Program-made: the position numbers and the translations under genes
DNA from: an uncultured cyanobacterium
GTDB lineage: Bacteria > Cyanobacteriota > Cyanobacteriia > Cyanobacteriales > Cyanobacteriaceae
Length of the DNA: 64,000 nt
Assembly: GCA_963710605.1 (NCBI GenBank)
Contig: CAVQBA010000004.1
Coordinates: 160,001-224,000 of the forward strand
Direction: 5' to 3'
Notes under the pieces: model-generated
The model's input: the letters and a program-made list of their open reading frames with translations, nothing else
The model's database searches: none
What the model was told of the DNA's origin: nothing
Shown: positions 32,173 to 44,838 of the stretch, one piece after another
Layout of the letters: each line of letters starts with the position of its first letter
Numbering within the stretch: the first letter of the stretch is position 1

Positions 32173-32280
32173 TAAGAAAGAGAGAGTTTTTCTGTACTTA
32201 TTGATAATTTGAAGAATGAGAGTTTGTTAAAAGTGAGAGGTAGAGATAGAGCAAGTGGAATGAGCTTTTTAGTAATATTC

Positions 32281-32337
32281 AATTATTCATTGTTCATTAT
32301 TCAATTGTTCATTGTTCATTATTCATTGTTCATTATT
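32281..32337. repeat. Heptamer tandem repeat (ATTGTTC/ATTATTC)
   Basis: Read directly upstream of argF. Confidence 0.8.
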
Positions 32338-32391
32338 GAGACGGCTTAAGCTAAGATATGAAAATTATTCTTTGAGTATCAATGAAAGTAT

Positions 32392-33315
32392 ATGAGTAGT
32401 TTGACAGGAAGAGATTTTTTAGGTATTGCTGAATTTAACCCCTACGAAATAAGAACAGTTTTAGATTTGGCGAAGGATTTAAAAAGTGGGGCAAAACAAT
32501 TTAACTCTAATAAAACATTAGGATTATTATTTTATAAAGCCTCAACTCGTACTCGTGTTTCTTTTTCTGTAGCAATGTATCAGTTAGGTGGTAATGTTAT
32601 TGACTTGAATCCTAGTCGTACTCAAGTAGGAAGAGGTGAGCCACTAGAAGATACAGCTAGAGTTTTAGACCGTTATTTAGATATTTTGGCGATTCGTACT
32701 TTTGCTCAAGATGATTTAGAAACTTTTGCTAAATATAGCGATATTCCAATTATCAATGCCTTAACCGATTTAGAACATCCTTGTCAGATTTTAGCCGATT
32801 TACAAACGATTGAAGAATCTTTTGGTCAACTAGAAGGCATCACCATGACTTATTTAGGAGATGGTAATAATGTCGCTCATTCCCTACTTTTAGGCGGTGT
32901 TTTGATGGGAATGAATGTCCGTATTGCTACCCCCGAAGGATATGAGCCTGATTTAGATATAGTTGTAAAAGCTAAAGCCTTAGCTAAAAAACCTGAACAA
33001 GTTATCATTACCACTGATGTAGCAGAAGCGGTAGAAAATGCACAAGTATTATATACCGATGTCTGGGCAAGTATGGGGCAAGAAGAAGAAACGGCTCAAA
33101 GAGTACCTATTTTTCAACCTTATCAAATTAATCAATCTCTATTGGAGATAGCGGATAAAGACGCAATTGTTTTACATTGTCTCCCTGCCTATCGAGGAAA
33201 AGAAATCACCGAAAGTGTGATGGAAGGGAAACAATCTCGGATTTGGGATGAAGCCGAAAATAGAATGCACGCTCAAAAAGCTCTTATGGCTTGTCTTTTA
33301 GGTTTACCCGATTAA
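32392..33315 (+). CDS. argF: Ornithine carbamoyltransferase
   Basis: STRTR, HPCQ, DVWASMG, HCLP. Confidence 0.96.
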   Translation: MSSLTGRDFLGIAEFNPYEIRTVLDLAKDLKSGAKQFNSNKTLGLLFYKASTRTRVSFSVAMYQLGGNVIDLNPSRTQVGRGEPLEDTARVLDRYLDILAIRTFAQDDLETFAKYSDIPIINALTDLEHPCQILADLQTIEESFGQLEGITMTYLGDGNNVAHSLLLGGVLMGMNVRIATPEGYEPDLDIVVKAKALAKKPEQVIITTDVAEAVENAQVLYTDVWASMGQEEETAQRVPIFQPYQINQSLLEIADKDAIVLHCLPAYRGKEITESVMEGKQSRIWDEAENRMHAQKALMACLLGLPD

Positions 33316-33317
33316 TT

Positions 33318-33487
33318 GTAGGGTGAGGCACACCCCACCATATTTTTTAGCTTTAGGTGATTTCTAAATCATAAAAATACCAATTTTAGATTACCATAAG
33401 TTTTTTAAATACTCCCCTCTCCTTGAGGACGAGGGGCTGGGGGTGAGGTTGAAGTGTTCGAGAGAGTTTGGGGGATTTAGGGGGCTT
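33318..33487. repeat. REP-like and C/G-run dispersed repeats between convergent genes
   Basis: GTAGGGTGAGGCACACCCCACC (33318), CTCCCCTCTCCTTGAGGACGAGGGGCTGGGGGTGAGG (33412), GGGGGATTTAGGGGGC (33470). Confidence 0.7.
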
Positions 33488-33503
33488 AAAAAGTAATTAT
33501 TAA

Positions 33504-35997
33504 TTATTCATCATCAACTGCGATCGATTTTAGTAATATTCCCTGACTTTGAGACAGAGTTAAACCATTTAAGTCTTTAATATCTTCTACAGGAGGTAAA
33601 TCAGGAGTTGTCATCACCACTTCCCATTCTTCGACATTTAACTGTAACCAATCTAATAAAGTAATCTCTTTTGGCTCACCTTCTAAGTGAATTACCATCG
33701 CCATTTTTTCTTGCGGATTATCAGGATTAGTACGACTACCATAAACAATAGTTGTATCGTCTTCACTAATTTTGTTAAATCGATCGCTTGATTGTAGATT
33801 ACTATTTAACCAAGAATGTTGAGAACGAAATTGACGCATTGATAAATTGTGCTCCGTATTCTCATGATTAACTTGTTCTTCATAATGAGCTACATTACAG
33901 ACAGTATAACAATCTTGCATAAACATCAAAGCCCATAATTTAGATTTGTCACTATCAAGATATTTTAAAAATTGGTGCATTTCTGGATTTTTAAGAAAAT
34001 CAGCTACATCCATATCACAATAAGCACCTTCTACATCATGAAAACAAGCCTGACAAGCGGTGATAACTTCATCAAGATCATGATTTTTAGCTACCATCAC
34101 TTGATTTAAAGTGTTGATAAAATCTTTAAGTAATCTTAACTCGCTAAATCCCCACGATTTCATATTCAGAAAGACTTCTTCTTTATTATAAATATCTTCA
34201 GTTACTCGCCAATCGAGAAAACCTGCTTCTTCACAAACAACTTTAACTCCATATTGTTCATCAGTATTACGAAAAAACATCCACGGAACACGCAACAATA
34301 CATTAATAAAATCCATTGGTAAACCGGGGCTAAAACCATATACCCATAAAGATACCGCAGGATTATCGTAAGCATTATAAATAATTTCTACAGGAGTTTT
34401 ACCCAAATTCCAATTAAGGTTAGAACTAATCTTAATCTGATTACCACGACGAAAAGTATCATGATTACCACATCCTGTAATCCAGTTTTGCCCTTGATTC
34501 ATCACTTCACAAACACGATTCCACTTACGCTCCCAAAAACCTTTTAGTGCGGGTGTATTATGAGCAAAAATTAAAGGGCCCCATTGATAAGATTCAGGTT
34601 TGAGTTCAATTAAATCCATATAGGTTGATTTTTCTGCCCAACCTTCGTCTGGCCAAGGTCTGCCATCTTCGTAAACTGTAAATAATAGCCTTTTATTACC
34701 TTCTATGTTTTGTACAATATCGCTCATAGCCAACAAATATTGGTCATCTTGCTGGACAGTTCCTGTTAAAGGATTAAAAAAGCGAAAATCTTGTCCACCG
34801 TCGATTCTGATGCCATCTGCACCTGTATCCATTTTCCGTCTTTGCATTTCCAGAAGTAATGCTCTGACGATCGGCGATTGATGGTTTAAATCTTGCCCAT
34901 ACATATTTGGGCCTTTAAAATATTGACGATTAACTAATAATTCAGCTTGGTTATCTGCATGTCCATAAACCAAATCATAAATTAAATGGATAGGCTTGTT
35001 AGGGAAATTGTGTAATACACTGATAAAATCAATTAATTCATCAGGGCGTGATGTTCCTAAAAAAGTCGGATTAGTGGCATTAGAACCAATAATTGGTACG
35101 TCGTAGCCCCAGTTTTGTGTATTCGGTTTAGATAGTCTAACTTCGATCGTATAATTGGTGACTTCTCGATCTAAATTATCAACGTTAGTAACAAGATCAA
35201 ACATATTACTATCATCACTATAGTCTTTACGATACTCGATCGTTGGTTCTACAGGTAACAGTTGAATCGCATCATAACCAATATAGTTTTTTTCAATTGA
35301 TGATAAGGGTTCATTTTGACGAATTTTCTCAGCAATAGTACTATAAATACGAGTCAAGCCTTCAAATGTTCCTTCTTGACTTGCTGTACCTACGTGTAGC
35401 TGTAAAATATGTTGGGGCGTTTCAATTCTAGGTATTTCCTGATCATCAGTTACACCTGTAGCTTTAAAATACTCCAAATCTTTTCTTTGCTTTTGTAAGC
35501 TATTAAGATCATACAGTTCAGCACGAACCAAAAATACCATAAGGTAAAGAATAAGCCATTACATCACGGATAATTTCTACTTCTCCTGATGGGGCAATAT
35601 GTCTCAACCAATAAAAAGAACCTGATTTTTCTTTTGTACCACCTTGCATTCCTTCGACAACACCCCAGAAAAATTTACCTCGTCTTTTGAGGTAAACACA
35701 ATTGCGGCGAAAATTTATTTCTTGCAAACGTTGTCGCCAGTTAATTTCTTCGGTAGGAGTAAAAATTTCTAAGTAGATTTCTTTCGGGTGCATTACCTCT
35801 CGGATCAATTTAGGTGACCAAAATCCTACTTCTGTTAAGCCATCGCTACGATAATGTGCACCTAAACGAGTAGCAATAAGTTGGTTTTTTTCAAATATGG
35901 TTAAATCTGGTTTTTTTTCAACGTCAGCTATCCAATCAATAAATCTCTTGGTTTCTTCTTCATGTAAAGAAACTAAATTTTTGGTGGTGGTGATCAT
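33504..35997 (-). CDS. gghA: Glucosylglycerol hydrolase-like GH13 protein, frameshifted near 35525
   Basis: RLGAHYRSDGLTEVGFW, QLHVGTAS, NWGYDV, DLVYGHADNQ, DGIRIDGGQDF, EDGRPWP; two ORFs join at SLPYGIFG|xAELYD. Confidence 0.8.
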
Positions 35998-36338
35998 ATA
36001 TTTTTATACCTGATGGGAAAACAATTATAAGTAAAGTTAAAAGTCAAAAGTTAAACACAAAATTATCACGTTCAAGATGTTTTCATACTTTGACTGAAAA
36101 AAATTGGGATACAATCTTTATACTTTCAATTCATAAATAAGAAAAATTTACTCTTTAAATTTCAAGCCTTATTCTTTGAAGAAGAAGTAATTCTCACCGA
36201 ATAATTGCTTCGAGTAAAAATTTATCTCAATTCTCAATGACGGATCTTGATTAAATACTTTCCATATTATATTTAATTTTATGATCAATGTTATCTGTTT
36301 TTTAGCAATTCAGCATCAATTTGATCATTATCGATCAT

Positions 36339-36869
36339 TTAGCTCATTTTTTGATTCAAATATTCTTGATAACCCATCTTGTCTAATTCAGTTTGTTTAT
36401 CTTCTACCATTTCTCTAAGACTTTGGCTATAATCTTCAACTTTAGTCAGTAACTCCGGTTGTTGACTGGCTAAAATTCTAATGGCTAATAAACCAGCATT
36501 TTCGGCGTTACCAATCGCTACTGTAGCAACGGGTATTCCTCTAGGCATTTGTACGATCGAATATAAAGAGTCAACTCCTTGTAATTGTCTGGTAGTAACA
36601 GGTACACCAATCACAGGTAAAGGGGTCAAAGAGGCAACCATTCCGGGTAAATGAGCCGCTCCTCCCGCTCCAGCGATAATTACTTTTAAACCTCGTTTAT
36701 GAGCGTTTTGGGCATAATTTACCATTTTGGTAGGAGTCCGATGAGCCGAGACTATTTCTACTTCATAATTAACAGCAAATTTTTCGCAGATAACGATCGC
36801 ACTTTTCATGGTTGGTAAATCTGAATCGCTACCCATGATAATACCAATTTCTGGTTTGGTTTCGGACAT
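36339..36869 (-). CDS. purE: N5-CAIR mutase
   Basis: [22 protein letters not shown]. Confidence 0.97.
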   Translation of the reverse strand: MSETKPEIGIIMGSDSDLPTMKSAIVICEKFAVNYEVEIVSAHRTPTKMVNYAQNAHKRGLKVIIAGAGGAAHLPGMVASLTPLPVIGVPVTTRQLQGVDSLYSIVQMPRGIPVATVAIGNAENAGLLAIRILASQQPELLTKVEDYSQSLREMVEDKQTELDKMGYQEYLNQKMS

Positions 36870-36875
36870 TTTATT

Positions 36876-36907
36876 TAGGGAATAGGGAATAGGGAATAGG
36901 GAATAGG
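36876..36907. repeat. Heptamer tandem repeat (AATAGGG)
   Basis: About four copies directly upstream of purE. Confidence 0.8.
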
Positions 36908-36980
36908 AGAGGAAGGATGAAAGATGAGGGATGAGGGATGAGGAAGTAATAATTAATAATTAATTATTAATAGTTAGTTT

Positions 36981-38552
36981 TTACCTCTGCCCTTTTGACT
37001 GCAAACGCTCTAAAAGATGATCAGCAACTCTCAAAGCATTCGCCACAATAGTTAAAGTCGGGTTGACTGCGGCACTAGAACAGAAAAAACTACCATCTAC
37101 GACATAAAGATTCTCAATATCATGAGTACGACAATTAAGATCTAACACAGAAGTTTCTGGGTTTTCACCAAACTTACAAGTACCTACCTGATGGGCTACT
37201 GCCCCCAAAGGCATTTTATTATGAATGTAAAATTTAGGTTTGGCTGTATCTATTTTTTGAGGTAAGATATCTTCGATCGCACCTATATCTTTGAGAATTT
37301 CAATCCAACGTTTTTCTAATCGATCGTAAGCTTGAGAATTATTTTCTTGATATTGTAAAACAATTTGCTCATCATCAACTAAAATCCGATTTTCAGGATT
37401 TGGTAAATCTTCTGTCGTCAACCACCAATCTGTTGAGTGCATTGCTATTTGTTCAGCGGTTAAAGGAGTATAATCATCAATATCTTCTAACATTACAGGC
37501 AAAATTTTACCCGTAGTTTGGATTTGCCCCATGGGATAATCATAACCTTCCTCTCCCCAATAAAAATCTGTTACCGAAAGAGTTTTTTGAAATTTAGTTG
37601 GATTCAAGGTTTTAGAAATAGCAATCACCGAACCCAAAATATGCTTCATGAAATTACGCCCAACCAAATCTGAACTATTAGCTAAACCATTAGGATGTTG
37701 CTCATTAGCTGATTTTAAAAGTAATATAGGTGAATTTGCTGTGCCACAACATAAAGCAACGATATCCGCCGAAAAATGTTGTTTTTTTCCTTGTACATCA
37801 ACTAGTAAATCACTAATTTTTTTACCATCTGCTGTGGTATTTAATTTCAAAACCTTTGCTTGAGTTAAAAGAGTAACATTGTTATATTTCAAGCTCGGTA
37901 AAATACCTATCACCTCAGCATCAGATTTAGCTTTAATCAAACAAGGGAAACCATCACAAGTATCACAACGAATACAATGACTTAAAAACTTTTGTGATTC
38001 ATTAATATTGACTCCCATCGGCGTGTAATGAGGAGATAAACCTTTTTGCTCTTTTAATGCCGTAGCAATCTCTAACATTCTTGGCTCGTGAGCCACTGGA
38101 GGATGGAGATATTCATGACTACGACTAGGTTCGGTGGGATCATCACCGCTTTTTCCATGTACTTGGTATAGTTCTTCAGCTTCGTTGTAATATGGTTCAA
38201 AATCACTATATTTTAATGGCCACTCAGGAGAAATACCGTCTTGATGTTGATAAGCTTCAAAATCCTTTTCTCGCATCCGAAACAATGCCGCACCATAAAT
38301 CTTGGTATTACCACCTACATTGTAGTGCATTGTTGGTCGAAATTCTTTTCCCTGTGGGTCTTGCCAGAGTTCTTTTGTTCGATAACGTTCTTCATTAAAT
38401 ACGGCTTTTGCATCCCAATTTTCTTTTTCTGTAGGTAAAAAAGAACCTCTTTCTAAGATCAAAATTTTTTTTCCGCTAGATGCTAAGCGATAAGCTAATG
38501 TACTACCACCTGCACCTGTACCGACGATAATCAAATCATAATGTTGAGACAT
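36981..38552 (-). CDS. GMC-family oxidoreductase
   Basis: GTGAGG, VGGNTKIYGA, CIRCDTCDG, AHQVGTC, AVNPTLTI. Confidence 0.9.
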   Translation of the reverse strand: MSQHYDLIIVGTGAGGSTLAYRLASSGKKILILERGSFLPTEKENWDAKAVFNEERYRTKELWQDPQGKEFRPTMHYNVGGNTKIYGAALFRMREKDFEAYQHQDGISPEWPLKYSDFEPYYNEAEELYQVHGKSGDDPTEPSRSHEYLHPPVAHEPRMLEIATALKEQKGLSPHYTPMGVNINESQKFLSHCIRCDTCDGFPCLIKAKSDAEVIGILPSLKYNNVTLLTQAKVLKLNTTADGKKISDLLVDVQGKKQHFSADIVALCCGTANSPILLLKSANEQHPNGLANSSDLVGRNFMKHILGSVIAISKTLNPTKFQKTLSVTDFYWGEEGYDYPMGQIQTTGKILPVMLEDIDDYTPLTAEQIAMHSTDWWLTTEDLPNPENRILVDDEQIVLQYQENNSQAYDRLEKRWIEILKDIGAIEDILPQKIDTAKPKFYIHNKMPLGAVAHQVGTCKFGENPETSVLDLNCRTHDIENLYVVDGSFFCSSAAVNPTLTIVANALRVADHLLERLQSKGQR

Positions 38553-38590
38553 AAAAGGTAAATAATTGTTCGCATATTAATTATTCTTAA

Positions 38591-40063
38591 CTAATTATTA
38601 CTTGTTTTGTAGCCTAATTTATGATTTTTTTTTGATTTATGATTATTCAACGGCAGAAATATAGTTAAAACTTCACCTTGATCTGGTTTTTGTTTGATAG
38701 TTAATTTACCACCTAAAGTCTGAAAAAGATTTTTAGTAACATCATTGCTTAAAGACAAATTACCTGTTTCTGGTTGAAATAATAATAATTTACCTAAACA
38801 TTTACGATTACCTGACTGATAAAAATTAAACTCAGACAAAAATTGCAATTTAAGTTGATTACCTACAGGTAAAATGACCACTTTAAAATCGCCACCACTA
38901 GGAGAATTACGGATAAATCTTTCCATTAAACCACCTAATGCTTGACTTAAAATCTTTGGCTCACTTACAATTTGAGGTAGTTTTTTCGGTATAACAATAT
39001 CAAGAACGATATTTCTTCTTTGAGCTTGTTTTTTCCATTGAGCGATACTTTGGTTTAAAATATTTTCTAAACAAGTATTAACTAAATGTACTGTTGGTTT
39101 ATGATTCGGTTTTGATTCAAATTCGACTGCTTGAAAAATCAACTCCATACGGTTAATTTGTTCATTACATTCTTGCTCAATATTATCTAAATACTTGGTT
39201 AAATCTTCACTTAATTTTGCTTTTCTTTTAAGTAACCTTGTGGTTGTTTTGATTGTGGCTAAGGGTGTTCTAATTTCGTGAGTTAATGCTTGTAGTAATT
39301 CTAATTCTGGATAAGGTGGTAAAGGAGTTTTTTTAAGAGAAATACTATGGTTTTTGACTTTGGTTTCTTGATTAGATTTACTGGAAAATTCAGATGTTGA
39401 TTCTGATTGTTTTAATGCTTTTAATAAATGAGTAGTAAATTGACTAACAATTTTGTAACAAGGAATGCAAGGAGAAAATTTACTAACTAGTTTTTGAATA
39501 TAATTAAGATTACGATCGTTATCTCTAATTAATCTAGCTTTAAGTAGATACCAAGCTTTGTTGACGGTTTCTGGAGAGAAGGAAAAATAAAATTGATTAT
39601 CCTGATTCTCATTTTCTGTTTTAACAATGACGCAAGCAAATGTGTCAGTGAAAACTAAACAAAATTGCTCTTCTCGTAATATGTCATCACTTTCTAAAGA
39701 AATATTGATAAATGAAGATGGAGAGAGTGAATGATTTTGATAACTATTATCTTCACAGGGCATCAAAGCTTTATTTGTTTTTATTGGTGAAGAAAAAACA
39801 ACTGTTTCTAATTGAGAAACTAGTTTGATATCATTAATAATTGGTGTTGGTGAAGAGATGACAACTGCTTGCTTGATTTCAGGATTAATTTTTTCGGTAT
39901 TAATCGTTTTAGACAATAGTTTTTGTATCGCAACGATTGCCGCATTCCATTGCTGTTGTGCTTGAATAACAGAATTAGAGTTATCATCTTGCTCTAAACG
40001 ATTGTCCTCATCATTCTGGAGAATTTGACTTAGTTTAATTGATAAACATTCAGATACAATCAT
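38591..40063 (-). CDS. hik2: Hik2/CSK-like sensor histidine kinase
   Basis: LLQALTHEIRTPL H-box, GAF-like region (EQFCLVFT), FQPETGNLSLS degenerate ATPase region. Confidence 0.75.
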   Translation of the reverse strand: MIVSECLSIKLSQILQNDEDNRLEQDDNSNSVIQAQQQWNAAIVAIQKLLSKTINTEKINPEIKQAVVISSPTPIINDIKLVSQLETVVFSSPIKTNKALMPCEDNSYQNHSLSPSSFINISLESDDILREEQFCLVFTDTFACVIVKTENENQDNQFYFSFSPETVNKAWYLLKARLIRDNDRNLNYIQKLVSKFSPCIPCYKIVSQFTTHLLKALKQSESTSEFSSKSNQETKVKNHSISLKKTPLPPYPELELLQALTHEIRTPLATIKTTTRLLKRKAKLSEDLTKYLDNIEQECNEQINRMELIFQAVEFESKPNHKPTVHLVNTCLENILNQSIAQWKKQAQRRNIVLDIVIPKKLPQIVSEPKILSQALGGLMERFIRNSPSGGDFKVVILPVGNQLKLQFLSEFNFYQSGNRKCLGKLLLFQPETGNLSLSNDVTKNLFQTLGGKLTIKQKPDQGEVLTIFLPLNNHKSKKNHKLGYKTSNN

Positions 40064-40213
40064 TGTTAAATTATTACTTCATTTCTTCCCATGAATGTAA
40101 TAATAACTTGTTTGTTGTTATTAATTAAAGTGTTATAACCGTATATTTACATACTAGTTTTCACTATCTTTTGCTTTTTAGATTAACTTAGTAGTTAATG
40201 CGTCTAATTTGAT

Positions 40214-40822
40214 TTAATCTTCAATAATATTCAGATGAAACAAAATAAAATCAATAATTTCCGATAAACCTGTTTCGGTTTTCAAATTAGTCAAAATATA
40301 AGGTTTTGTTCCTCGCATTCTATTAGTATCTTCTCTCATTACTTCTAAACTAGCACCTACATAAGGAGCTAAATCAATTTTGTTGATCACTAATAAATCG
40401 GACTTTGTAATACCAGGACCACCTTTACGAGGTATTTTGTCCCCTGCGGCGACATCAATAACATAAATAGTTAAATCGACTAATTCTGGACTAAAAGTTG
40501 CCGCTAGATTATCACCTCCGCTCTCGACGAAGACTAAATCTAAATCACTGAATTTTTGTTCTAATTGCTCGATCGCTTCTATATTAATCGAGGCATCCTC
40601 TCGTATCGCTGTATGAGGACATCCTCCTGTTTCCACTCCCGCTATTCGATCGATCGGTAGTGCATTTGCTTTGGCTAAAAACTGAGCGTCTTCTTGGGTA
40701 TAAATATCGTTGGTAACTGCCGCAATTGAATAACTCGCTTTCATTTGTTGACACAAAGCGTTTAAAAGAGCCGTTTTACCTGAACCGACTGGGCCTGCTA
40801 TTCCGACACGAAAAGTACTCAT
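40214..40822 (-). CDS. ureG: Urease accessory GTPase
   Basis: [20 protein letters not shown]. Confidence 0.96.
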   Translation of the reverse strand: MSTFRVGIAGPVGSGKTALLNALCQQMKASYSIAAVTNDIYTQEDAQFLAKANALPIDRIAGVETGGCPHTAIREDASINIEAIEQLEQKFSDLDLVFVESGGDNLAATFSPELVDLTIYVIDVAAGDKIPRKGGPGITKSDLLVINKIDLAPYVGASLEVMREDTNRMRGTKPYILTNLKTETGLSEIIDFILFHLNIIED

Positions 40823-40890
40823 TTTAATCTATATTATATGCTAAGGATAATAACTAACTAAAGTTATTACCCTCAAAAAGCTACTAATGA

Positions 40891-41187
<297 letters not shown>

Positions 41188-41843
41188 TTATTTCCTTTGC
41201 TCAATAATTGATTAAAAATAAAGCTTACTACTAATGCAAGCCTCTATATGAATACTAAAGTATAAATGGCAATTATTCGATACAGATTAAAAATGAAATT
41301 GTTATCAGTAATTAATATAAGTTTTTTTTATAATATAAACAGAGCAAAACTATTGCTTAATATAAATATATATTTCTCTTATGAAAAGCCGATTATAGGT
41401 TTGTGAGTCTGTAATTATTTGCTCTAAAGGTAATTTCGCTCTTAACCTGTTATTAACAATACTTATATTTCGGAGGTCTATTAATATAACAAGTAAAGTT
41501 GATGACAATACAGTGTGGGTTGTAAGCAAGAATTTAAAAGTAAAAATATATTTATTTAAAAATCGATCTAAATACCTAATAAATAATTTGCTTGTAATAA
41601 CTGATCAACACTTTCAATATTATCTAAAACACGATCGTCAGGTTTTAAATCTTACTCTTTTTAAGTGATCACGTCAATGTAAAATATCGGTTCTCAAATT
41701 GAGAATTAATCCCCTTCTTTATGATTAATCTAGCAAGATAGTTTCAACAGATTAATTTTGGTTCATCGCTTCAAAGTAACTGAGATTGATATAATTTAAG
41801 TATAGATCTCAAATTTAAGATTTTAGATTAAAAAAAATTACTT

Positions 41844-42047
41844 ATGACACAAACAAACGTAAATTGTAAAGTTCAATGTGTTGATGGTTGTATTTTACCC
41901 GACAATTGTCCTAATCAAGAATATGTAGAAGAAACGACCAAATTTCTTGAAGATACATCTTTAGATAGAATAATTGAAATGGCTGAAATTGCCCGACTCA
42001 AAAAATTGAACGAACCACCTAAATGGGTGATTCCTGACGAAATTTAA
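41844..42047 (+). CDS. Small Cys-rich hypothetical protein
   Basis: 67 aa with CX3CX3CX5C; followed by a terminator. Confidence 0.7.
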   Translation: MTQTNVNCKVQCVDGCILPDNCPNQEYVEETTKFLEDTSLDRIIEMAEIARLKKLNEPPKWVIPDEI

Positions 42048-42055
42048 CCATCAAA

Positions 42056-42082
42056 AAAGGAGTAAGATTTTCTTACCCCTTT
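42056..42082. terminator. Likely bidirectional terminator
   Basis: AAAGGAGTAAGA-TTT-TCTTACCCCTTT between convergent genes. Confidence 0.6.
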
Positions 42083-42122
42083 ACTCTTATATATCAATTG
42101 TTAATTGAATTAGCTATTTGTT

Positions 42123-43121
42123 CTAACTAGCAATAATATATTCTTTGACGCTACCTCTTTTTTTACGTAGATGAGCTAACGCTTGTTGTTCTAACTGACG
42201 TACTCTTTCTCTACTAATGTTCATTCTTTGACCAATTTTGGCTAAAGATAATTCTTTACCATCTTCTAAACCAAACCTTAGTCTTACTACTTGTTGTTGT
42301 TGAGGTGTTAATTCACCGATCAATTTTTGTAAATCTTGACGCATCAACTCTTGAGTAATATATTTATCAGGAGATACACCTTGATCTTCTAGTAGTTCAG
42401 ATAGTTCTGTATCTTGGTTATCACCAACTCGTACATCTAAAGATATTGGTTGACGAGCTATCCTGAAATACTCACGTATTTGAGCTGGTTCAAGTTCTAA
42501 TTTTTCAGCAATCTCTACTGGTGTTGGGCTTCTACCTAATTCTTGAGATAATTCTCTTTGAGTTTTTTTGATCTTATTGAGTTTTTCGGTAATATGAATT
42601 GGTAAACGGATTGTTCTAGCTTGTTGAGCGATCGCACGAGTGATAGCTTGACGAATCCACCAATAAGCATAAGTAGAAAATTTAAATCCTTTGGTAGGGT
42701 CAAATTTTTCAACTCCTCTTTCTAAACCTAAACTTCCTTCTTGGATTAAATCCAAAAATTCCATATTTCTTTTTTGGTATTTTTTAGCGATAGCGACAAC
42801 TAAACGTAAATTCGCCTCAATCATCTTTTGTTTTGCTCTTTCGCCTTGATGAATGAGTTTTTTTAATTCGCTAGTTGTATTACCGACCTCTTTTGCCCAT
42901 TCTTCTAAGCTAGGCTCTTTTTCTAATTGTTTGGCTAATTTTTCTTTTTTCTTGTGCAAGGACATCATCTTTTGTACTTGTTTACCGAAGACAATTTCTT
43001 GCTCATGACTTAAAAGAGGAACTTTACCAATTTCTTGTAGATAGGTACGCACCATATCCACTGTATTCACTTTTCTTTTGTCAACTTCATTGATGTTGGC
43101 AATAATTTTAGCACTGGACAT
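42123..43121 (-). CDS. sigB: Group 2 RNA polymerase sigma factor (SigB type)
   Basis: [37 protein letters not shown]; paralogue inferred from sequence style. Confidence 0.8.
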   Translation of the reverse strand: MSSAKIIANINEVDKRKVNTVDMVRTYLQEIGKVPLLSHEQEIVFGKQVQKMMSLHKKKEKLAKQLEKEPSLEEWAKEVGNTTSELKKLIHQGERAKQKMIEANLRLVVAIAKKYQKRNMEFLDLIQEGSLGLERGVEKFDPTKGFKFSTYAYWWIRQAITRAIAQQARTIRLPIHITEKLNKIKKTQRELSQELGRSPTPVEIAEKLELEPAQIREYFRIARQPISLDVRVGDNQDTELSELLEDQGVSPDKYITQELMRQDLQKLIGELTPQQQQVVRLRFGLEDGKELSLAKIGQRMNISRERVRQLEQQALAHLRKKRGSVKEYIIAS

Positions 43122-43477
43122 AGAGCTTATTTTCTCCTAACTTCTGGTCAATATTTTTTTCAGTACAAGATTGATGGCGAGCCGCAACCTTAAAGGCTTT
43201 TGATCTTTTACAAACTTAAGACTGACTATTTATGGTCGAGTTCAACTACATATTTAGACTATCTTTGTTCGGCAAAAGTTCATTTATTTTAATAATTTAT
43301 AATAATTGTTCCCTAAAATGGAATAAAATCTGACCGATCGTGATAAAATTTTTGTTATCATGATAAGTTTTAGGGGTTGTTATATATTGCATTCCTTCTA
43401 TCATGACAAATTTCATGATATATTGATATCCGTCAAATTGAGTAATTACCGAACGTGATAGTTGGGGTTTCATCATT

Positions 43478-43520
43478 ACTCTATACTTTTGTTGATTAGA
43501 TTAGATGTATTTGAAGTTAC
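43478..43520 (-). promoter_or_regulatory. Candidate NtcA-activated promoter for sigB
   Basis: Minus strand GTA-ACTTCAAA-TAC, then N23, then TAGAGT (TAN3T). Confidence 0.5.
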
Positions 43521-43676
43521 GAAACTCTCGAATTTTGTAAAATACATAAAAATCACATTAGAGGTTAGCGATTGAGAATTAGGGGTTAAGAATTTTCACC
43601 GAATAATTGCGTAGCCGAACTTATTCATTGCAATTTTATATATCATCTGTACTCTGTTCACTGTTTTTTGCTTTGT

Positions 43677-44732
43677 TTAAACAATTGTGGCGGTTTTTTT
43701 TAAGCAAGAAGAAATTTGTAAGGAATGAAGATTTTGATTTCCTGTACAAAATAATACTGTTTTAATTTCGGCGTTAAGTAAATTGACAAGTTCGTCAACG
43801 GCTTGATTTGATTCTGTTACGGCTTTAAGAAAGGGATAAGCTAAACCGACTACATCTGCACCTAAAGCGATTAGCTTAGCTACTTCTAGCCCATTACGTA
43901 CGCCTCCTGAAGCAATTAAGGGTAAGTGGGGATATTGATAATTAATGTCTTCAATACAATCGGCTGTAGGAATCCCCCAATTTGCAAATGTTTTTCCTAA
44001 TTCAGTTTGCAGATTATTATTTGCTCTTTGACTTTCTACCATTGCCCATGATGTACCTCCTGCACCTGCTACATCGATCGCTTTTACACCTATATTAATT
44101 AATTTTTTTGCCATTCTAGCAGATATACCATTACCTACTTCTTTGACTATGACAGGTACAGATAATTTCTCACAAACTTGACCAATTTTACTTAATAAAT
44201 TTTTAAAGTTAGTATCTCCTTCTGGTTGAATACATTCTTGTAAAGGATTTAGATGTAATATCAAAGCATCGGCTGATAAGATATCAACTAGTTTTTGGCA
44301 TTCACGCCATGTGTAGCCGTAATTAAATTGTACCGCTCCAATATTAGCTAATAACAATATATCTGGTGCGATCGATCTTACTTGAAAGGTAGAAGCTACT
44401 TCAGGTTTTTCTAAGATAACACGTCCTGAACCAATACCCATAGCTAAACCATATTTTTGTGCTGTGGTGGCTAATTTGTGATTAATAATTTTGGCATTTT
44501 CTGTACCACCTGTCATTGAAGAAATCAAAATAGGAGAATTAAGTTTTTTGCCGAAAAAGGTAGTTGAAAGATCAATTTCTGGATAATCTAATTCAGGTAA
44601 ACAATAATGATCAAAATTATATTTTTCTAATCCGTTAGTAACTTGATTAAATTGAACTGTTTCATCTAAACAAATTTTTATGTGATCATCTTTTCTGTTT
44701 TGAGTATCAGTTAATCTTTCTTCGTAATTCAT
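43677..44732 (-). CDS. fni: Type 2 isopentenyl-diphosphate delta-isomerase
   Basis: [34 protein letters not shown]. Confidence 0.95.
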   Translation of the reverse strand: MNYEERLTDTQNRKDDHIKICLDETVQFNQVTNGLEKYNFDHYCLPELDYPEIDLSTTFFGKKLNSPILISSMTGGTENAKIINHKLATTAQKYGLAMGIGSGRVILEKPEVASTFQVRSIAPDILLLANIGAVQFNYGYTWRECQKLVDILSADALILHLNPLQECIQPEGDTNFKNLLSKIGQVCEKLSVPVIVKEVGNGISARMAKKLINIGVKAIDVAGAGGTSWAMVESQRANNNLQTELGKTFANWGIPTADCIEDINYQYPHLPLIASGGVRNGLEVAKLIALGADVVGLAYPFLKAVTESNQAVDELVNLLNAEIKTVLFCTGNQNLHSLQISSCLKKTATIV

Positions 44733-44838
44733 GGAGAATAGTTGATAGGTTTTTGAGTAAGGAGTAAGGAGGAAAAATAACTAACACCATTCCACCTAAC
44801 TTATAACTTATAGCTTACAGCTTACAGCTTATAATTAT

